A stretch of DNA of 50,827 nucleotides. Source: a virus (lineage: Duplodnaviria; Caudoviricetes). Positions 8,438 to 17,898 of the stretch are shown here, piece by piece. A program made the position numbers and the translations under genes. The notes beneath the pieces are model-generated. The model had not been told where the DNA came from. It did not search any database and was given only the letters and a program-made list of their open reading frames with translations. Location of the stretch: positions 1 to 50,827 of IMG/VR virus record IMGVR_UViG_3300038429_000331, one strand, 5' to 3'. The stretch's first letter is position 1; every line of letters begins with the position of its first letter.

Positions 8438-9844
8438 CTATGCGGCGATCGTCAGCGTGCCGTAGATGTTCACGCTGCGGACGTTGTCGAGATATTGCGC
8501 GGCCCACGCGTTCGGAACGATGATTGCCCTTCCCGACGCGGGGGGCAGCTGGGAGAAGGGCGGCGCCGTGATGATCGGCCCCTGCGCGCTCGACGGGGGG
8601 ACCTGGCCGTTCGGGAGCACGGTCGGGGCCCCGAGCCGGAGGATCCCCGCGAAGAGCGTCAGCTGCGCCTGCAGGATCGTGAGGATCACCTGGTAGGTGA
8701 GGTTGTTCTTGAACCCGAGCTGCGCGCTGGACGTGAGGTACGTGGTGGTGTTGATCGCCGCCACCGTGTCGATGTAGTTCTTGATCCAGTTCGCGCCGAG
8801 GTTCGCGCCGAGCGGCGTCGACCACCCGAGGCCGGATGCCCCACCCTCCAGGGCGACGTTGCCCGTCCCGTTGCCGAGGGTGGAGAAGAACGCCACGCCG
8901 AGCGTGACGCAGTTCGCCGCCTGCACTGCTGTGAGGTTCGCTCCCGCGGTTCCGCTGGCCGTCCACCCGCTGATCGCCACCCAGTCGAGCTTGTTGCCGA
9001 CGTAGGTCCCGGTGTTGTTGAGCTGCGCCAGCGTCGCGCCGAGCTGGACGAGCGCCCCGTTCTGCGTGGTCGAGGGGTGATAGACGATCGGGACGTCGAT
9101 GTCGAAGGTGAGCGTGAGCGGAACCGCCGAGCCGTTCGCCGACGCGTTCGTGCTCATCACGAGGGCCGTCGACGAGGTGAAGGTGATGATCGTCGCGCCC
9201 GCCGGGATCCCGGCTCCCGCTATGCCCGCGCCGACCCACCCGGGGTTGCATTCGCCGCTGTCGCCGGCGATGGCCGTGATGTTCGGACTCCCCGAAGTCG
9301 TGGTCCCCGTCACTCCGGTGATCTGGGCTCCGATGAACTGATCGGCCTCGTTATCGGCGGTGTTCGTCAGAATGTTCGTGTCGTTCGACCCGTAGAAGTA
9401 CTGCGAGAGCGGGTCGGCGATGCAGAGGCGCGCGAGCTGCACGTTGTTGTCGATATTGTTGACCGCCGTGCTGCCGATCGCCGTCTTGAAGTACGCGCGC
9501 TCGTCGAAGGTCACATAGTCGGCCGCGAGGTTCAGCGGCGTGATGAGCCCTGCCACTCCCGTCACGACGATGAGCTCCACGTACGCCTGGCTGCCCGACT
9601 GGTAGAAGCCCTGCAGCCACGTCTTGAGAAGTCCCTGCGTGATCTGCGCGTAGTTCGAGTAGCTGACCTCGGTGAGCGTGTCGGCCGCCGGCACATTGCC
9701 CGCGGTGAAGTAGGTCGCCGCGTCCGTCGAGCAGATGAAGATCGCCACCTTGCCGTAGTTCAGACCTGGCACGACGGTGACCTGCACGGTCGTCACGAAG
9801 GCGATGTACTTCTGAGTAAGGCTGTTCAAGAAGTCAAAGGCCAT
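8438..9844 (-). CDS. Tail sheath protein (DUF3383-like) with inserted beta domain
   Basis: 468 aa after the terminator gene. C-terminus W.A.YLDNVRSVNIYGTLTI and GANWIKNYID are sheath-like. Confidence 0.75.
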   Translation of the reverse strand: MAFDFLNSLTQKYIAFVTTVQVTVVPGLNYGKVAIFICSTDAATYFTAGNVPAADTLTEVSYSNYAQITQGLLKTWLQGFYQSGSQAYVELIVVTGVAGLITPLNLAADYVTFDERAYFKTAIGSTAVNNIDNNVQLARLCIADPLSQYFYGSNDTNILTNTADNEADQFIGAQITGVTGTTTSGSPNITAIAGDSGECNPGWVGAGIAGAGIPAGATIITFTSSTALVMSTNASANGSAVPLTLTFDIDVPIVYHPSTTQNGALVQLGATLAQLNNTGTYVGNKLDWVAISGWTASGTAGANLTAVQAANCVTLGVAFFSTLGNGTGNVALEGGASGLGWSTPLGANLGANWIKNYIDTVAAINTTTYLTSSAQLGFKNNLTYQVILTILQAQLTLFAGILRLGAPTVLPNGQVPPSSAQGPIITAPPFSQLPPASGRAIIVPNAWAAQYLDNVRSVNIYGTLTIAA

Positions 9845-9859
9845 TTAGGCACCCTCCCC

Positions 9860-10417
9860 TTACGTTCCGGCGATCACGCCCTGGAGCGTGGCTCCCGTGA
9901 GGTAGTCCTGTCCCGTTGGGATCTCGCCCGCGTAGATGACGCGCAGCGCCACGTTGTACGACTTGACGGTGTTCTCTCCCTCTTGGAGGAAGTCCGTCGC
10001 CCGCACCCGCCCGGAGCTCGCGCAGACCCGGCCGTCGACGAGGGCGAACTGCGCCTGCGCGAGCGCGTTGTTCGTCCACTGTCCAATGCTGGAGGCGAGC
10101 GCCATCGCGTTCGTCCCGACGAACTGGAGGACGAGGTTCGCGATCTTGTGCTGCACGCTCCAGTTGTTCGGTGGCGTCGCGCCATCTTGTACGTAGTGCG
10201 CGATGTCCAGCGGCGTCTCGTCCTCGAGGGCGAACGCGCACCAGGTCTGCGGCCTCTGGCTCCCCGGCAGCACCGCCATCAGGAGCGCCGCGCTGTCCTG
10301 CGGGTTCCACCAGTTTCCTTGCTTCGGAACCACATATGCCTGCGGAAGGTTCAGGATCGCCGCAAACATCCCGGCGAGCGTTGTTTCGTTGAGGACAATC
10401 ATTGCGCCGACGCTCAT
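9860..10417 (-). CDS. Neck / tail terminator protein
   Basis: Contains VVPKQGNWWNPQ and LVLQFVG; directly upstream of the sheath. Confidence 0.65.
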   Translation of the reverse strand: MSVGAMIVLNETTLAGMFAAILNLPQAYVVPKQGNWWNPQDSAALLMAVLPGSQRPQTWCAFALEDETPLDIAHYVQDGATPPNNWSVQHKIANLVLQFVGTNAMALASSIGQWTNNALAQAQFALVDGRVCASSGRVRATDFLQEGENTVKSYNVALRVIYAGEIPTGQDYLTGATLQGVIAGT

Positions 10418-10809
10418 GCGAAGTCTCCGGTCCCGACGCTCCCGGGAGAGGTCGGGTCGAGCGTCACGTTGCCGTCATCACCCTCGACCTTGATGAGGCC
10501 GTAAACGGTGAAGCCTCCCTCGTGCTGCCAATCGTTGTCCTTGCCAATCCGGTAGACCATGTTCTGCTTGAGGTCGCGGATGAACCACCCCGTCGTGAGG
10601 ATCTTGCGCGTCCAGAACTTCATCTCGCGGATGGTGACGAGGGTGCCCTGGCTGTTCTTCGTGCGCCGCTCGACGCACTGGAGGATGCCGGTCACCGTCG
10701 AGTACCCGCCTGGGGCGCCAGGGCCCGCGTCGTATCCTGAAAGCGCCTGGTAGTAGGGCACCCGGACGAAGTCCCCCGCGAATGCCGTGAGCACGCTGCC
10801 GTAGCTCAC
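10414..10809 (-). CDS. Head closure / neck protein
   Basis: Start reassigned to GTG 10809 (MSYGSVLT), overlapping the upstream stop. Contains VYRIGKDNDWQHEGGF; synteny fits. Confidence 0.6.
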   Translation of the reverse strand: MSYGSVLTAFAGDFVRVPYYQALSGYDAGPGAPGGYSTVTGILQCVERRTKNSQGTLVTIREMKFWTRKILTTGWFIRDLKQNMVYRIGKDNDWQHEGGFTVYGLIKVEGDDGNVTLDPTSPGSVGTGDFA

Positions 10810-11321
10810 TCCGCGGCCTCCATCGAGTCCTGCTGGAGCTCCGGCACCCTCGTCTCGGGCGCCTGGCCGATCTGATAGGTCGTGGCGTCGATCAGCGCCC
10901 CGGTGTCGATCAGCGGGGTGTCCTTGCCGCCCTTCGCCCGGATCGTCGCAGGCGCGTTCGGCAGCATTGTCTTGTAGTAGTCCCCGCGGACGAACTCCTG
11001 CACCGCACCGACCGCCGTGGTGGCGACCCGGAGCCGGAGGGATTCGACATTCTCGCGCTTCGCCTTCTCCGCGAGGTAGAGTTTCATCGCCTTGCGGATC
11101 TCGCCCATGCCCGCCCCGAGCCCCTGCAGCAGGAATGGCCGCGCGACGATCGTCGCCGTGCCGTCGTGCAGCCACTCAGCGAGCTGCGCAGCGTCCTGGC
11201 CGCCCGGAAGTTCCATCCCCGACGGGAACCCGATGAAGATCTCGTCCCCCCGCGCCATGCGCCGGATCGCCCGCACGTCGACCTTCCCCCCGCCACCTCC
11301 GGTGATCTCGAAGGCGCTCAT
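10806..11321 (-). CDS. Neck protein (virion morphogenesis / HK97 gp10-like)
   Basis: Start ATG 11321 (MSAFEIT). Contains LHDGTATIVARPFL and PNAPATIRAKGGKDTPLIDTG. Confidence 0.8.
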   Translation of the reverse strand: MSAFEITGGGGGKVDVRAIRRMARGDEIFIGFPSGMELPGGQDAAQLAEWLHDGTATIVARPFLLQGLGAGMGEIRKAMKLYLAEKAKRENVESLRLRVATTAVGAVQEFVRGDYYKTMLPNAPATIRAKGGKDTPLIDTGALIDATTYQIGQAPETRVPELQQDSMEAAE

Positions 11322-11887
11322 GTCTGCGGCCACCCGGGGAAGACGAGCGGGACCTGGAGCGCGAGCGCGTTGTTCGGCTGAGCCTGCGCGATGATCATGC
11401 GCTCGGGGGCGCTCATGAACAGATGCGCGGCCTTGATTCCGAAAGCGTTGCTCTCGAGCTGCTTCATCCCCGCCTGCAGGCCCATGTCCTTCCGCGTGAC
11501 GGACACCCCGCCGATGCTCTTTGAGGTCAGCGGCATGCCACCGTCGCCCTGCACGCCGCTTGCCTGCTCGGGGAGCATGTCGGTGAGCCACCACGCCACG
11601 AGGTACGCCTCGAGGTTGAACTGCTTCTGAGCCTGGAGCGTCGCGGAGTCGTTCTGCCAGAGCTGGAAAATCCCGGCCCACTCGACCTCGATCAGGGCGC
11701 AGGCGTAATCGACCATCGGTGCGGCGCCCACCTCGTTGTACAACCCGGGGAAGAACTGCGCGTACGGGAACGAGGCGTGGTTCATGTTCGCCCCGACGCT
11801 CGCGGGCGTCTGGATGGCGAACGGCCACACGCCGGACGTCCACTGGTTCTGCATCCAGACGCCCCGCGGCCAGAACGAGGGGGTCAT
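11318..11887 (-). CDS. Head-tail adaptor (DUF4054-like)
   Basis: Contains YLVAWWLTD, LTSKSIGGVSVT and LESNAFG. Confidence 0.75.
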   Translation of the reverse strand: MTPSFWPRGVWMQNQWTSGVWPFAIQTPASVGANMNHASFPYAQFFPGLYNEVGAAPMVDYACALIEVEWAGIFQLWQNDSATLQAQKQFNLEAYLVAWWLTDMLPEQASGVQGDGGMPLTSKSIGGVSVTRKDMGLQAGMKQLESNAFGIKAAHLFMSAPERMIIAQAQPNNALALQVPLVFPGWPQT

Positions 11888-12490
11888 TTACGTCACGTCC
11901 ACCGCGAGCGTGGTGCGGTTACCGTTCTGGTCGACCGTGAGCAGGACGCGGTTCTTGACGTTGGCCTGGTCGCGCATCGCGGGCTGTTGCGTCGCGCCGC
12001 CGTTCGACAGGCCGACGAGGTAGCTGATCAGCAGCCGCATGACGCCCTGGAGGTTCAGCGTCCCGCTGACATAGGCTGCGGCGGTCTCAAAGGGGCTCGT
12101 GATGTACCCATAGGCGTCTCCCGACTGCGGGACGTCGCCTGTGATCGTGAGCTGCACCTGGAAGGGCTGCGCTCCCGTCCCGAGGACGGAGAGCTCTACG
12201 AAGTCGGGACCGGAGGCGAACATCGCGTTCGGGAGGTCGAGGCGGTAGAGCCCCGGCATATGCGTGCTGTCCAGCTCATACCACCCGCCCGAGCTGTAGA
12301 CGGCATTCACGGAGCCGAGCGCTGAGAGCGCGATCGACTGCGGGGTGGCGCCCTGCGCCAGGTAGTAGGCGGTGATCGACCCGAAGGCGAGGCCTGTGAC
12401 GGGAGCCCCGGTGGTGGTGGCCACCAGCCGGACGATGATCGAAACGGAAGTGGACCCCGCGATGACCCCGCCGTCGTGAAACTTGCTCAC
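11888..12490 (-). CDS. Putative virion structural / decoration protein
   Basis: Ig-like beta segment GGWYELDSTHMPGLYRLDLP; lies between the capsid and adaptor genes. Confidence 0.55.
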   Translation of the reverse strand: MSKFHDGGVIAGSTSVSIIVRLVATTTGAPVTGLAFGSITAYYLAQGATPQSIALSALGSVNAVYSSGGWYELDSTHMPGLYRLDLPNAMFASGPDFVELSVLGTGAQPFQVQLTITGDVPQSGDAYGYITSPFETAAAYVSGTLNLQGVMRLLISYLVGLSNGGATQQPAMRDQANVKNRVLLTVDQNGNRTTLAVDVT

Positions 12491-12494
12491 GCTG

Positions 12495-13301
12495 CTACCC
12501 TAAGTCCAGCGACGCGCTGATGATCGCCGCGGCGACCGCCGGGGTGATCCACATGACGACGTCCGTCCCTGGCGAGAGGGAATCCCCGTGGTCCTTGAGA
12601 TCGATGAAGGGGAGGAGGGCTCCCGCCGGGAGATAGCGGTCGAACCACACCGCAGGCTGCCCGTCCCAGTTCGGCGAGTTGTCATTGACCCTGCTCTGCT
12701 GAACGATCTGGAAGCGGCACGCCTGTGCGGCGACAGCGAGCGAGAGCATGCGCATGAACATCTTCCCGCCGCGCGCCCCGGAGGTGGGGGCGGGGACGGT
12801 GAAGAACCCGCTGTACGCCGAGAACTGGCCGGCGAGCATCTGGAGGATCCCCGACGTCACCGTGCCGGGAGCGCCCGTCACGAAGGCGCCCGTGCCCGTC
12901 GCGACCAGGGCAACGTTGCCGTCGACCTTCAGGTCTGCCCCGAACGTCGTCGCGGAGATCGCGAACACCGACGTCCAGAAGTCCGCCGTCGTCTGCACGG
13001 TCTGACCGAGCATCGAGTAATTCTTGACTTGCGGAACACCAAGCGGCCCGAGCCCATACATCCAGAACGTCCGGAGGCCGGTGCCCGCCGCGGTGTCGAG
13101 CGCGCTTGTGCTCGCGTAATCGACCTTCACGCCCGTCGCCCACGCGCCCATGAACGCCGAGGGGAGCTGCGTTACGCCGGAGACGATCAGGCCGAGCTCG
13201 TTGCATATCTGAGGAGTCGTCCCGAGCACCGCGCCCGAGTACCCCTTGATCGCCGCGAGGCCCGAGAGACCGCCCTGGCCAAGGACGTTGTTCAGGAACA
13301 T
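12495..13301 (-). CDS. Putative virion structural protein
   Basis: 268 aa, Gly/Ala/Thr-rich beta protein in the head-neck region; good codon pattern. Confidence 0.55.
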   Translation of the reverse strand: MFLNNVLGQGGLSGLAAIKGYSGAVLGTTPQICNELGLIVSGVTQLPSAFMGAWATGVKVDYASTSALDTAAGTGLRTFWMYGLGPLGVPQVKNYSMLGQTVQTTADFWTSVFAISATTFGADLKVDGNVALVATGTGAFVTGAPGTVTSGILQMLAGQFSAYSGFFTVPAPTSGARGGKMFMRMLSLAVAAQACRFQIVQQSRVNDNSPNWDGQPAVWFDRYLPAGALLPFIDLKDHGDSLSPGTDVVMWITPAVAAAIISASLDLG

Positions 13302-13304
13302 CGC

Positions 13305-13775
13305 TTACTCTTCCGTGTCCGCATCCTCGTCTTCGGATCCCTCGCCGGGTTCCTTCGGAGTGTCCTTCCTCTTCCCCTTGCCTTTCTCGGAGGGGATGAG
13401 AGACTTGAGCCGCTCGATCTCCTGCTGTGCCTCTTCGAGATCCTGCGTCTTCTCGGCGAGCCGGATGGAGTCGTTCTTCGCCGACTCGGGCATCTTGTCG
13501 TGATACACGTAGTCGCCCTTCGCCATGAGGTCGCGGAACGCCGGCGACGCTTCCAGGCGCTCGATCTCCGCGGGGCCGACCATGATGATCATGTTGCGCT
13601 CGGCCTCGGGCAGGAAGACTTCTGGCAGGATGACCGGCTTTCCCTGTTTGTCGAGGACGGCGTTCGTGAGCTTGCCCTTCTCGTCGTACTCGGGCGCCCC
13701 CTCCGTCTTCGTGACCTGAGCGAAGCGCATTCCGAAGCGGTGCTTGCACTGGAGGAACTTGTTCGCCATACCCAT
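13305..13775 (-). CDS. Hypothetical protein downstream of capsid (charged, coiled-coil C-terminus)
   Basis: AAAGGAG RBS; 156-aa ORF. Confidence 0.7.
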   Translation of the reverse strand: MGMANKFLQCKHRFGMRFAQVTKTEGAPEYDEKGKLTNAVLDKQGKPVILPEVFLPEAERNMIIMVGPAEIERLEASPAFRDLMAKGDYVYHDKMPESAKNDSIRLAEKTQDLEEAQQEIERLKSLIPSEKGKGKRKDTPKEPGEGSEDEDADTEE

Positions 13776-13795
13776 GCTCTCCTTTATGGGTAAGT

Positions 13796-13822
13796 GGGGG
13801 CGACACTCGCGCGTTCGCCCCC
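13796..13822 (-). promoter_or_regulatory. GC-rich hairpin after the capsid gene (mRNA stabiliser or weak terminator)
   Basis: GGGGGCGA-N11-TCGCCCCC perfect 8-bp stem; no clear U-tract. Confidence 0.45.
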
Positions 13823-13839
13823 GCCCATGCTATCGAACG

Positions 13840-15297
13840 TTAGGTGCTCGTCGACTGCTGCCCGAATCCGTGGTACGCGGCAACTGCCGCAGGCACCGGC
13901 GCGTAGATCCCCGAATACCGGCGCAGGAACTTGTACTCGCTCTGGTACCCGGCGGGGATCACGGGGTAGGCGAATTCCTTCAGCGGCATGCCCGCGAGCA
14001 CGAGGCCCTGCATCTTCTCGTCGGGTCCCGCCTTCACGCGGGGCGCGAGCAGGATCGTGTAGTCATAGGTCTGCGGGTTGAAGGGGTTCGAGAAGATACC
14101 CGTGGTGCCCGTGGTGATCGTCGCGGCGAGCATCGGATCGGCGAGGAACGTGATCTTCGGGTCCTTGCCGTCCTTCATCTTCCCGCCCGCGAAGTTCTGC
14201 GCCCACGCGGCTGCGGCCGTCATCGGGTTGTAGATCTGGCTGTACGGCCACGCGTTGATCAGGTTGTACGCCTTCGGGCTCATGAGCACGATGACCTCTT
14301 CCCACTTGTTGAAGCCCTGGGTGAGGAACGGCTCGAGGATCCCGATGAGCCCCGTGTACATGAGCGAACCGACGCTCGCTCCTGCGGCGACCGCGAGGCC
14401 GTTCATGCTCGTCCCGCCGTACGCGGTGACCGCATTGACGCCCAGCAGGCCCTGGAGGTAGGTGTCCGTCGCGCCGCCGTAGATCATGAGGTAGTCGGTG
14501 AGCAGCTGCAGCGCATAGGCCGCGTACTGCTGCTTGATCGCGATGCCCTGGCTCCCGAACGGGGAGCTCGATACCTCGGAGCGCTTCAGCTCTTCCAGTC
14601 CGAGGGAGTAGCTCGCCGTCAAGTTCATGACGATGGCGGTCATCAGGCCGCTCTGGACGTCGATGTTTTTCACGAGCGTGTTGGACGGCGCGCCCGACAT
14701 TTCGAACGAGCCCCATCCCGCGTAGTCCATCATCATGAGGTTCATGACGGTGCCCCACGGGTTGGTCCCTGTCTCGATCTCCACCGCCTCCTCGACCTTG
14801 CTCCAGAGCAGGGGGGCGCGGTAGATCTGCGGGAACCAGTTGATGTTCCACGGCGAGAGGTATTGCGGCGTCAGCATGTCGGGGGCGGCGTCCAGGACGG
14901 CCTGGTCGCGCACGTACCCGCGCACGACGTCAGCGGACTTCACGCCCACGATATCGTACTTCCCCGTGGAGCGGTTGAGCACCGGCCGCCACGTGACCGC
15001 CTTCGGGTCCTTCTTCGCGAGGGCTTCGAGCTCGTCCTTCACGATGACCTGCCCGATGTGCGGGTTCTTCGGGACGTAGAGCCCGTTGATCCACTTCCCC
15101 GGATCCCTCTGCCGCGAGTCGCCGACGTAGAGGGGAGTGTCCTCCGCGTGCGGCGGCGTCATGTACTCGGGGTCGTTGGAGGGCCCCATCTCGATCTTGC
15201 AGTTCGCGAGCGCCTGGCGCAGGCCCGAGTTCTTCTCGACGAAGTTCTCGAACATGTACTTGATCGGGCGCAGCGGTTCGGAGCACTTGATTTGCAC
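13840..15297 (-). CDS. Major capsid protein (DUF2184-type HK97 fold) with N-terminal extension
   Basis: Start reassigned to GTG 15297 behind GGGAGGGG. Contains LQGLLGVNAV, VLMSPKAYN and RYSGIYAPVPAAV; follows the protease and cement genes. Confidence 0.85.
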   Translation of the reverse strand: MQIKCSEPLRPIKYMFENFVEKNSGLRQALANCKIEMGPSNDPEYMTPPHAEDTPLYVGDSRQRDPGKWINGLYVPKNPHIGQVIVKDELEALAKKDPKAVTWRPVLNRSTGKYDIVGVKSADVVRGYVRDQAVLDAAPDMLTPQYLSPWNINWFPQIYRAPLLWSKVEEAVEIETGTNPWGTVMNLMMMDYAGWGSFEMSGAPSNTLVKNIDVQSGLMTAIVMNLTASYSLGLEELKRSEVSSSPFGSQGIAIKQQYAAYALQLLTDYLMIYGGATDTYLQGLLGVNAVTAYGGTSMNGLAVAAGASVGSLMYTGLIGILEPFLTQGFNKWEEVIVLMSPKAYNLINAWPYSQIYNPMTAAAAWAQNFAGGKMKDGKDPKITFLADPMLAATITTGTTGIFSNPFNPQTYDYTILLAPRVKAGPDEKMQGLVLAGMPLKEFAYPVIPAGYQSEYKFLRRYSGIYAPVPAAVAAYHGFGQQSTST

Positions 15298-15314
15298 GGT
15301 TTTCCCCCTCCCTA

Positions 15315-15866
15315 TTACGACGCGATGGTGAAGAAGTCGATGATCGTATCGCCGGTGTCGGGGTCTTTCCCGACGACCGTCGCGTTGAGCTGCGTCCACC
15401 CGGCGGGAACGCTGTTCGCCGCGGGGAGGAACTGGATGAGCCCCGTCTGGTTGTTGGCGACCACGCGGCACCCGGGCACGGGGTCGATCGCGTTCGCCAC
15501 CGTCTTCGCGTACGACGCGTACAGCAGGCCCCCTTCGACGACGACGGTCGCCGGAATCCCGTTGAACAGCCAGGTGGCCTTCGCCGGTTCCTGCTGAGAG
15601 ACGGAGGGCTCGAAGAGCAGGGGCCCGACGTACACGTCGTTCGTGGTATCGGGGAGCCCCGCGAACAGTTCGCTCGGGACGGATGTGGCGGCCGCCTTGT
15701 TGATGCTCATCATCGCCCCGAAGATCGCGTTGCCCTGCGTGTTGCTCGGGCTGATGAATCCACCTCGTGTGAAGCCGTGCCACACGCTGCCCTCGAACGC
15801 GGCCTTCCGTCCGTTGATGAGGATCGCGCCCTTGAACTCGACCGCCAGAGTCATGTTGGACTGCAT
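15315..15866 (-). CDS. Capsid cement / decoration protein
   Basis: 183 aa between protease and capsid genes; AGGAGG RBS. Confidence 0.7.
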   Translation of the reverse strand: MQSNMTLAVEFKGAILINGRKAAFEGSVWHGFTRGGFISPSNTQGNAIFGAMMSINKAAATSVPSELFAGLPDTTNDVYVGPLLFEPSVSQQEPAKATWLFNGIPATVVVEGGLLYASYAKTVANAIDPVPGCRVVANNQTGLIQFLPAANSVPAGWTQLNATVVGKDPDTGDTIIDFFTIAS

Positions 15867-15868
15867 TT

Positions 15869-17647
15869 TCAGCCCCTCCTATTTACTTCCGCGAACGCTG
15901 CGCGGAGCCCTATTGGCTTGTCCGGGCTAGCGCCCGTGTCTACGTGTGCCGTCGCCGAAGGCATCGCGTCCTGCGTTGCCCTGGCGTCTGATGTGCTTAC
16001 CGTTTTCGGGGGCTCCCCTGCCCCCTTCGCCCCAGCGCTCGCAGCTTCCGCTGCGCCCGCAGGAGTCCCCTGCGCGGCCGGATTGACGGCCGGCGTAGCG
16101 GTGTCCCCCTTCGGGACCGCGGCCGGAGCGCCGGTCGGGCTTGCGGGCGTAGGCGTTGCAGCCATGGCGGGCGCCGCAGTCGGGGAGGCTGCGGGCTTTG
16201 CTGCCGTCGCCTGCTTCTGGATGTCCGCCTTCATCGCATCGAGGAACGCGAACAGCCCGTCGGCCCACACCTGGGGCGGGGACCCCGGCTGAGGCATCGC
16301 GAACGCGGGAGCCGCCGCCGGTGCAGCCGGTGCCGCCGGAGCGGCGGGGGCTGCGCCAGCAGGAGCTGCGGGAGTTGCGGGCGCGGTGCCGGCAGGTGCC
16401 GCTGCAGGAGCCGCGGGAGCGTTCGCCGGCCCGGGCTCATCGGTCGTGACGCCCTTTTGACCAATGTCGGGCGCCGCGCCCTTGGTACCGTCGCTGTCCG
16501 CGGTGACCTTCCCCGACCCCTTGCAGGTCGGGCAGTCGTCGTCTTTCACTTTCCCCGTGCCGTCGCATGTGCCGCAGTCTTTCATCTTGGCCCCCGCGTC
16601 TTTCGACAGCACCTTGTCGAGGAGCTTCCCGCTCCCGTTGCATGCCTCGCAGGACGACCCCCGGTAGTTGCCCGTTCCATCGCAGAAGTGGCAGGGTATC
16701 ATGGCGGCGCCCGTCTCGTGCTCCGTCTCGGCGTCGGAGGTGACCTTCTTGTCGATCTTCTCGATAAGCGAGCAGATGATGTTTTTCATCTGGAAGAGCT
16801 CGTCGTTCTTGAGGTCCTTCATGAGCTTCATGTCGCTCATGTACTTCTCGATCAGCGATCGCTCGTCGCCGGAGGGGAGGTCGTCGATGAGCTTCACGAG
16901 CTCGTCGATCTTCTTCGCGACCTCCTCATCGGTGAGGGTCGCCCGCGTGTCGATGAGGTTGTAGAGGCCCTGATCGAACCCGTTCTCGTATGCCTTGTTG
17001 ACGTCGGGGGCCATTGGCCCCATCGAGTCTTTCACGAGCCCTTTCGCCACGGCGAAGATGCGGATGCGTGCCTGGCGCAGGAGCCCGCTCACCATATGCT
17101 TCTTCACGTTGACCTCTCCGTGGTCGAGGATCGCCGCCGACGGGCCGCCTCGACCTCGCGGGACCATCGACACGTGGTTCACGTCGCTGATGCTCTGCAT
17201 CACGGCGTGGTAGGGCTGGCCGCGATACTGGCCGAGCTTCCACGCGAACATCGCTCCGTACCCGGGGCTGATTTCCTTCACGCCCCGGTTGTATTCGTCG
17301 ATCGCGAGGATATCCTTGAGATTGACCTCCGCGGCGACGCCAACCTCTCCCTCGTCCTCCAGCCAGTCCATCGTCGCGTGGTCGCCGGTCCAGCCGACGG
17401 CGTAGTCGCGGAAGCTGTCGCGGGTGACGAGCTCCGGGGGGTGCTTGACGGTGAGCGGCGTCCGGTCGAACTTGCCCGCGGCTACGGCCGCGGCGAGGAC
17501 GGGGGCGGGGCGCAGGACGTTGTAGAGGTCGAGCTTCGGGAAGTCGGCGGGCGGATCGGCGAGGCCCGAGTCCTTGAGCTGCTTGAGGGTGTACGGGTAG
17601 ATCCCGGACCTGGCGAGAATGGCATGTTTCAGCAGACCATCAGCCAT
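15869..17647 (-). CDS. Prohead protease / scaffold (DUF2213-type) with CxxCxGxG repeats and Ala/Pro-rich tail
   Basis: Contains ARSGIYPY, PLTVKHP, KEISPGY and NHVSMVPRGRGGP. Confidence 0.88.
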   Translation of the reverse strand: MADGLLKHAILARSGIYPYTLKQLKDSGLADPPADFPKLDLYNVLRPAPVLAAAVAAGKFDRTPLTVKHPPELVTRDSFRDYAVGWTGDHATMDWLEDEGEVGVAAEVNLKDILAIDEYNRGVKEISPGYGAMFAWKLGQYRGQPYHAVMQSISDVNHVSMVPRGRGGPSAAILDHGEVNVKKHMVSGLLRQARIRIFAVAKGLVKDSMGPMAPDVNKAYENGFDQGLYNLIDTRATLTDEEVAKKIDELVKLIDDLPSGDERSLIEKYMSDMKLMKDLKNDELFQMKNIICSLIEKIDKKVTSDAETEHETGAAMIPCHFCDGTGNYRGSSCEACNGSGKLLDKVLSKDAGAKMKDCGTCDGTGKVKDDDCPTCKGSGKVTADSDGTKGAAPDIGQKGVTTDEPGPANAPAAPAAAPAGTAPATPAAPAGAAPAAPAAPAAPAAAPAFAMPQPGSPPQVWADGLFAFLDAMKADIQKQATAAKPAASPTAAPAMAATPTPASPTGAPAAVPKGDTATPAVNPAAQGTPAGAAEAASAGAKGAGEPPKTVSTSDARATQDAMPSATAHVDTGASPDKPIGLRAAFAEVNRRG

Positions 17648-17706
17648 ATGGCCTGATGTATAACGGTGGTCAACTCAGTTTGTGCAATAAATCGTGTGTT
17701 ACAAAA

Positions 17707-17898
17707 TCAGCCGCCATTGAGGCTGGCGTCGTTCGCGCAGTTGTGAATTGCGTACCGGATAACCTCTGAAGGGGTCTCTCCGATGCCGGCACTGATAAGA
17801 TCGTCGATGCGCTTCATGTCCTCATCGTTCATTCTGACGGGGACATAGATCGTCCGCTTCCCCTTCCACCGTCCGTCATTACCGCGCGGTTGCCTCAC
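17707..17898 (-). CDS. Ribbon-helix-helix (CopG/Arc-like) DNA-binding protein
   Basis: GTG 17898 overlaps the upstream stop. IYVPVRMNDEDMKRIDDLISAG...SEVIRYAI matches the RHH pattern. Confidence 0.75.
   Translation of the reverse strand: MRQPRGNDGRWKGKRTIYVPVRMNDEDMKRIDDLISAGIGETPSEVIRYAIHNCANDASLNGG

Noticed and set aside
13840-15783. 647-aa capsid and other 5'-extended ORF calls (portal 25872, spike 3587, Dit-like 6190, ParB 35506)
   Set aside because: The extensions overlap upstream genes; internal starts with RBS or stop-start coupling fit better.
15950-16440. Repeat array or CRISPR in the GC-rich stretch
   Set aside because: It is Ala/Pro low-complexity coding sequence of the scaffold tail, without fixed repeats.
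17650-17706. Defined late promoter before the protease gene
   Set aside because: AT-rich and plausible, but TTGCAC...TATACA has 19-nt spacing; not supportable as a specific call.
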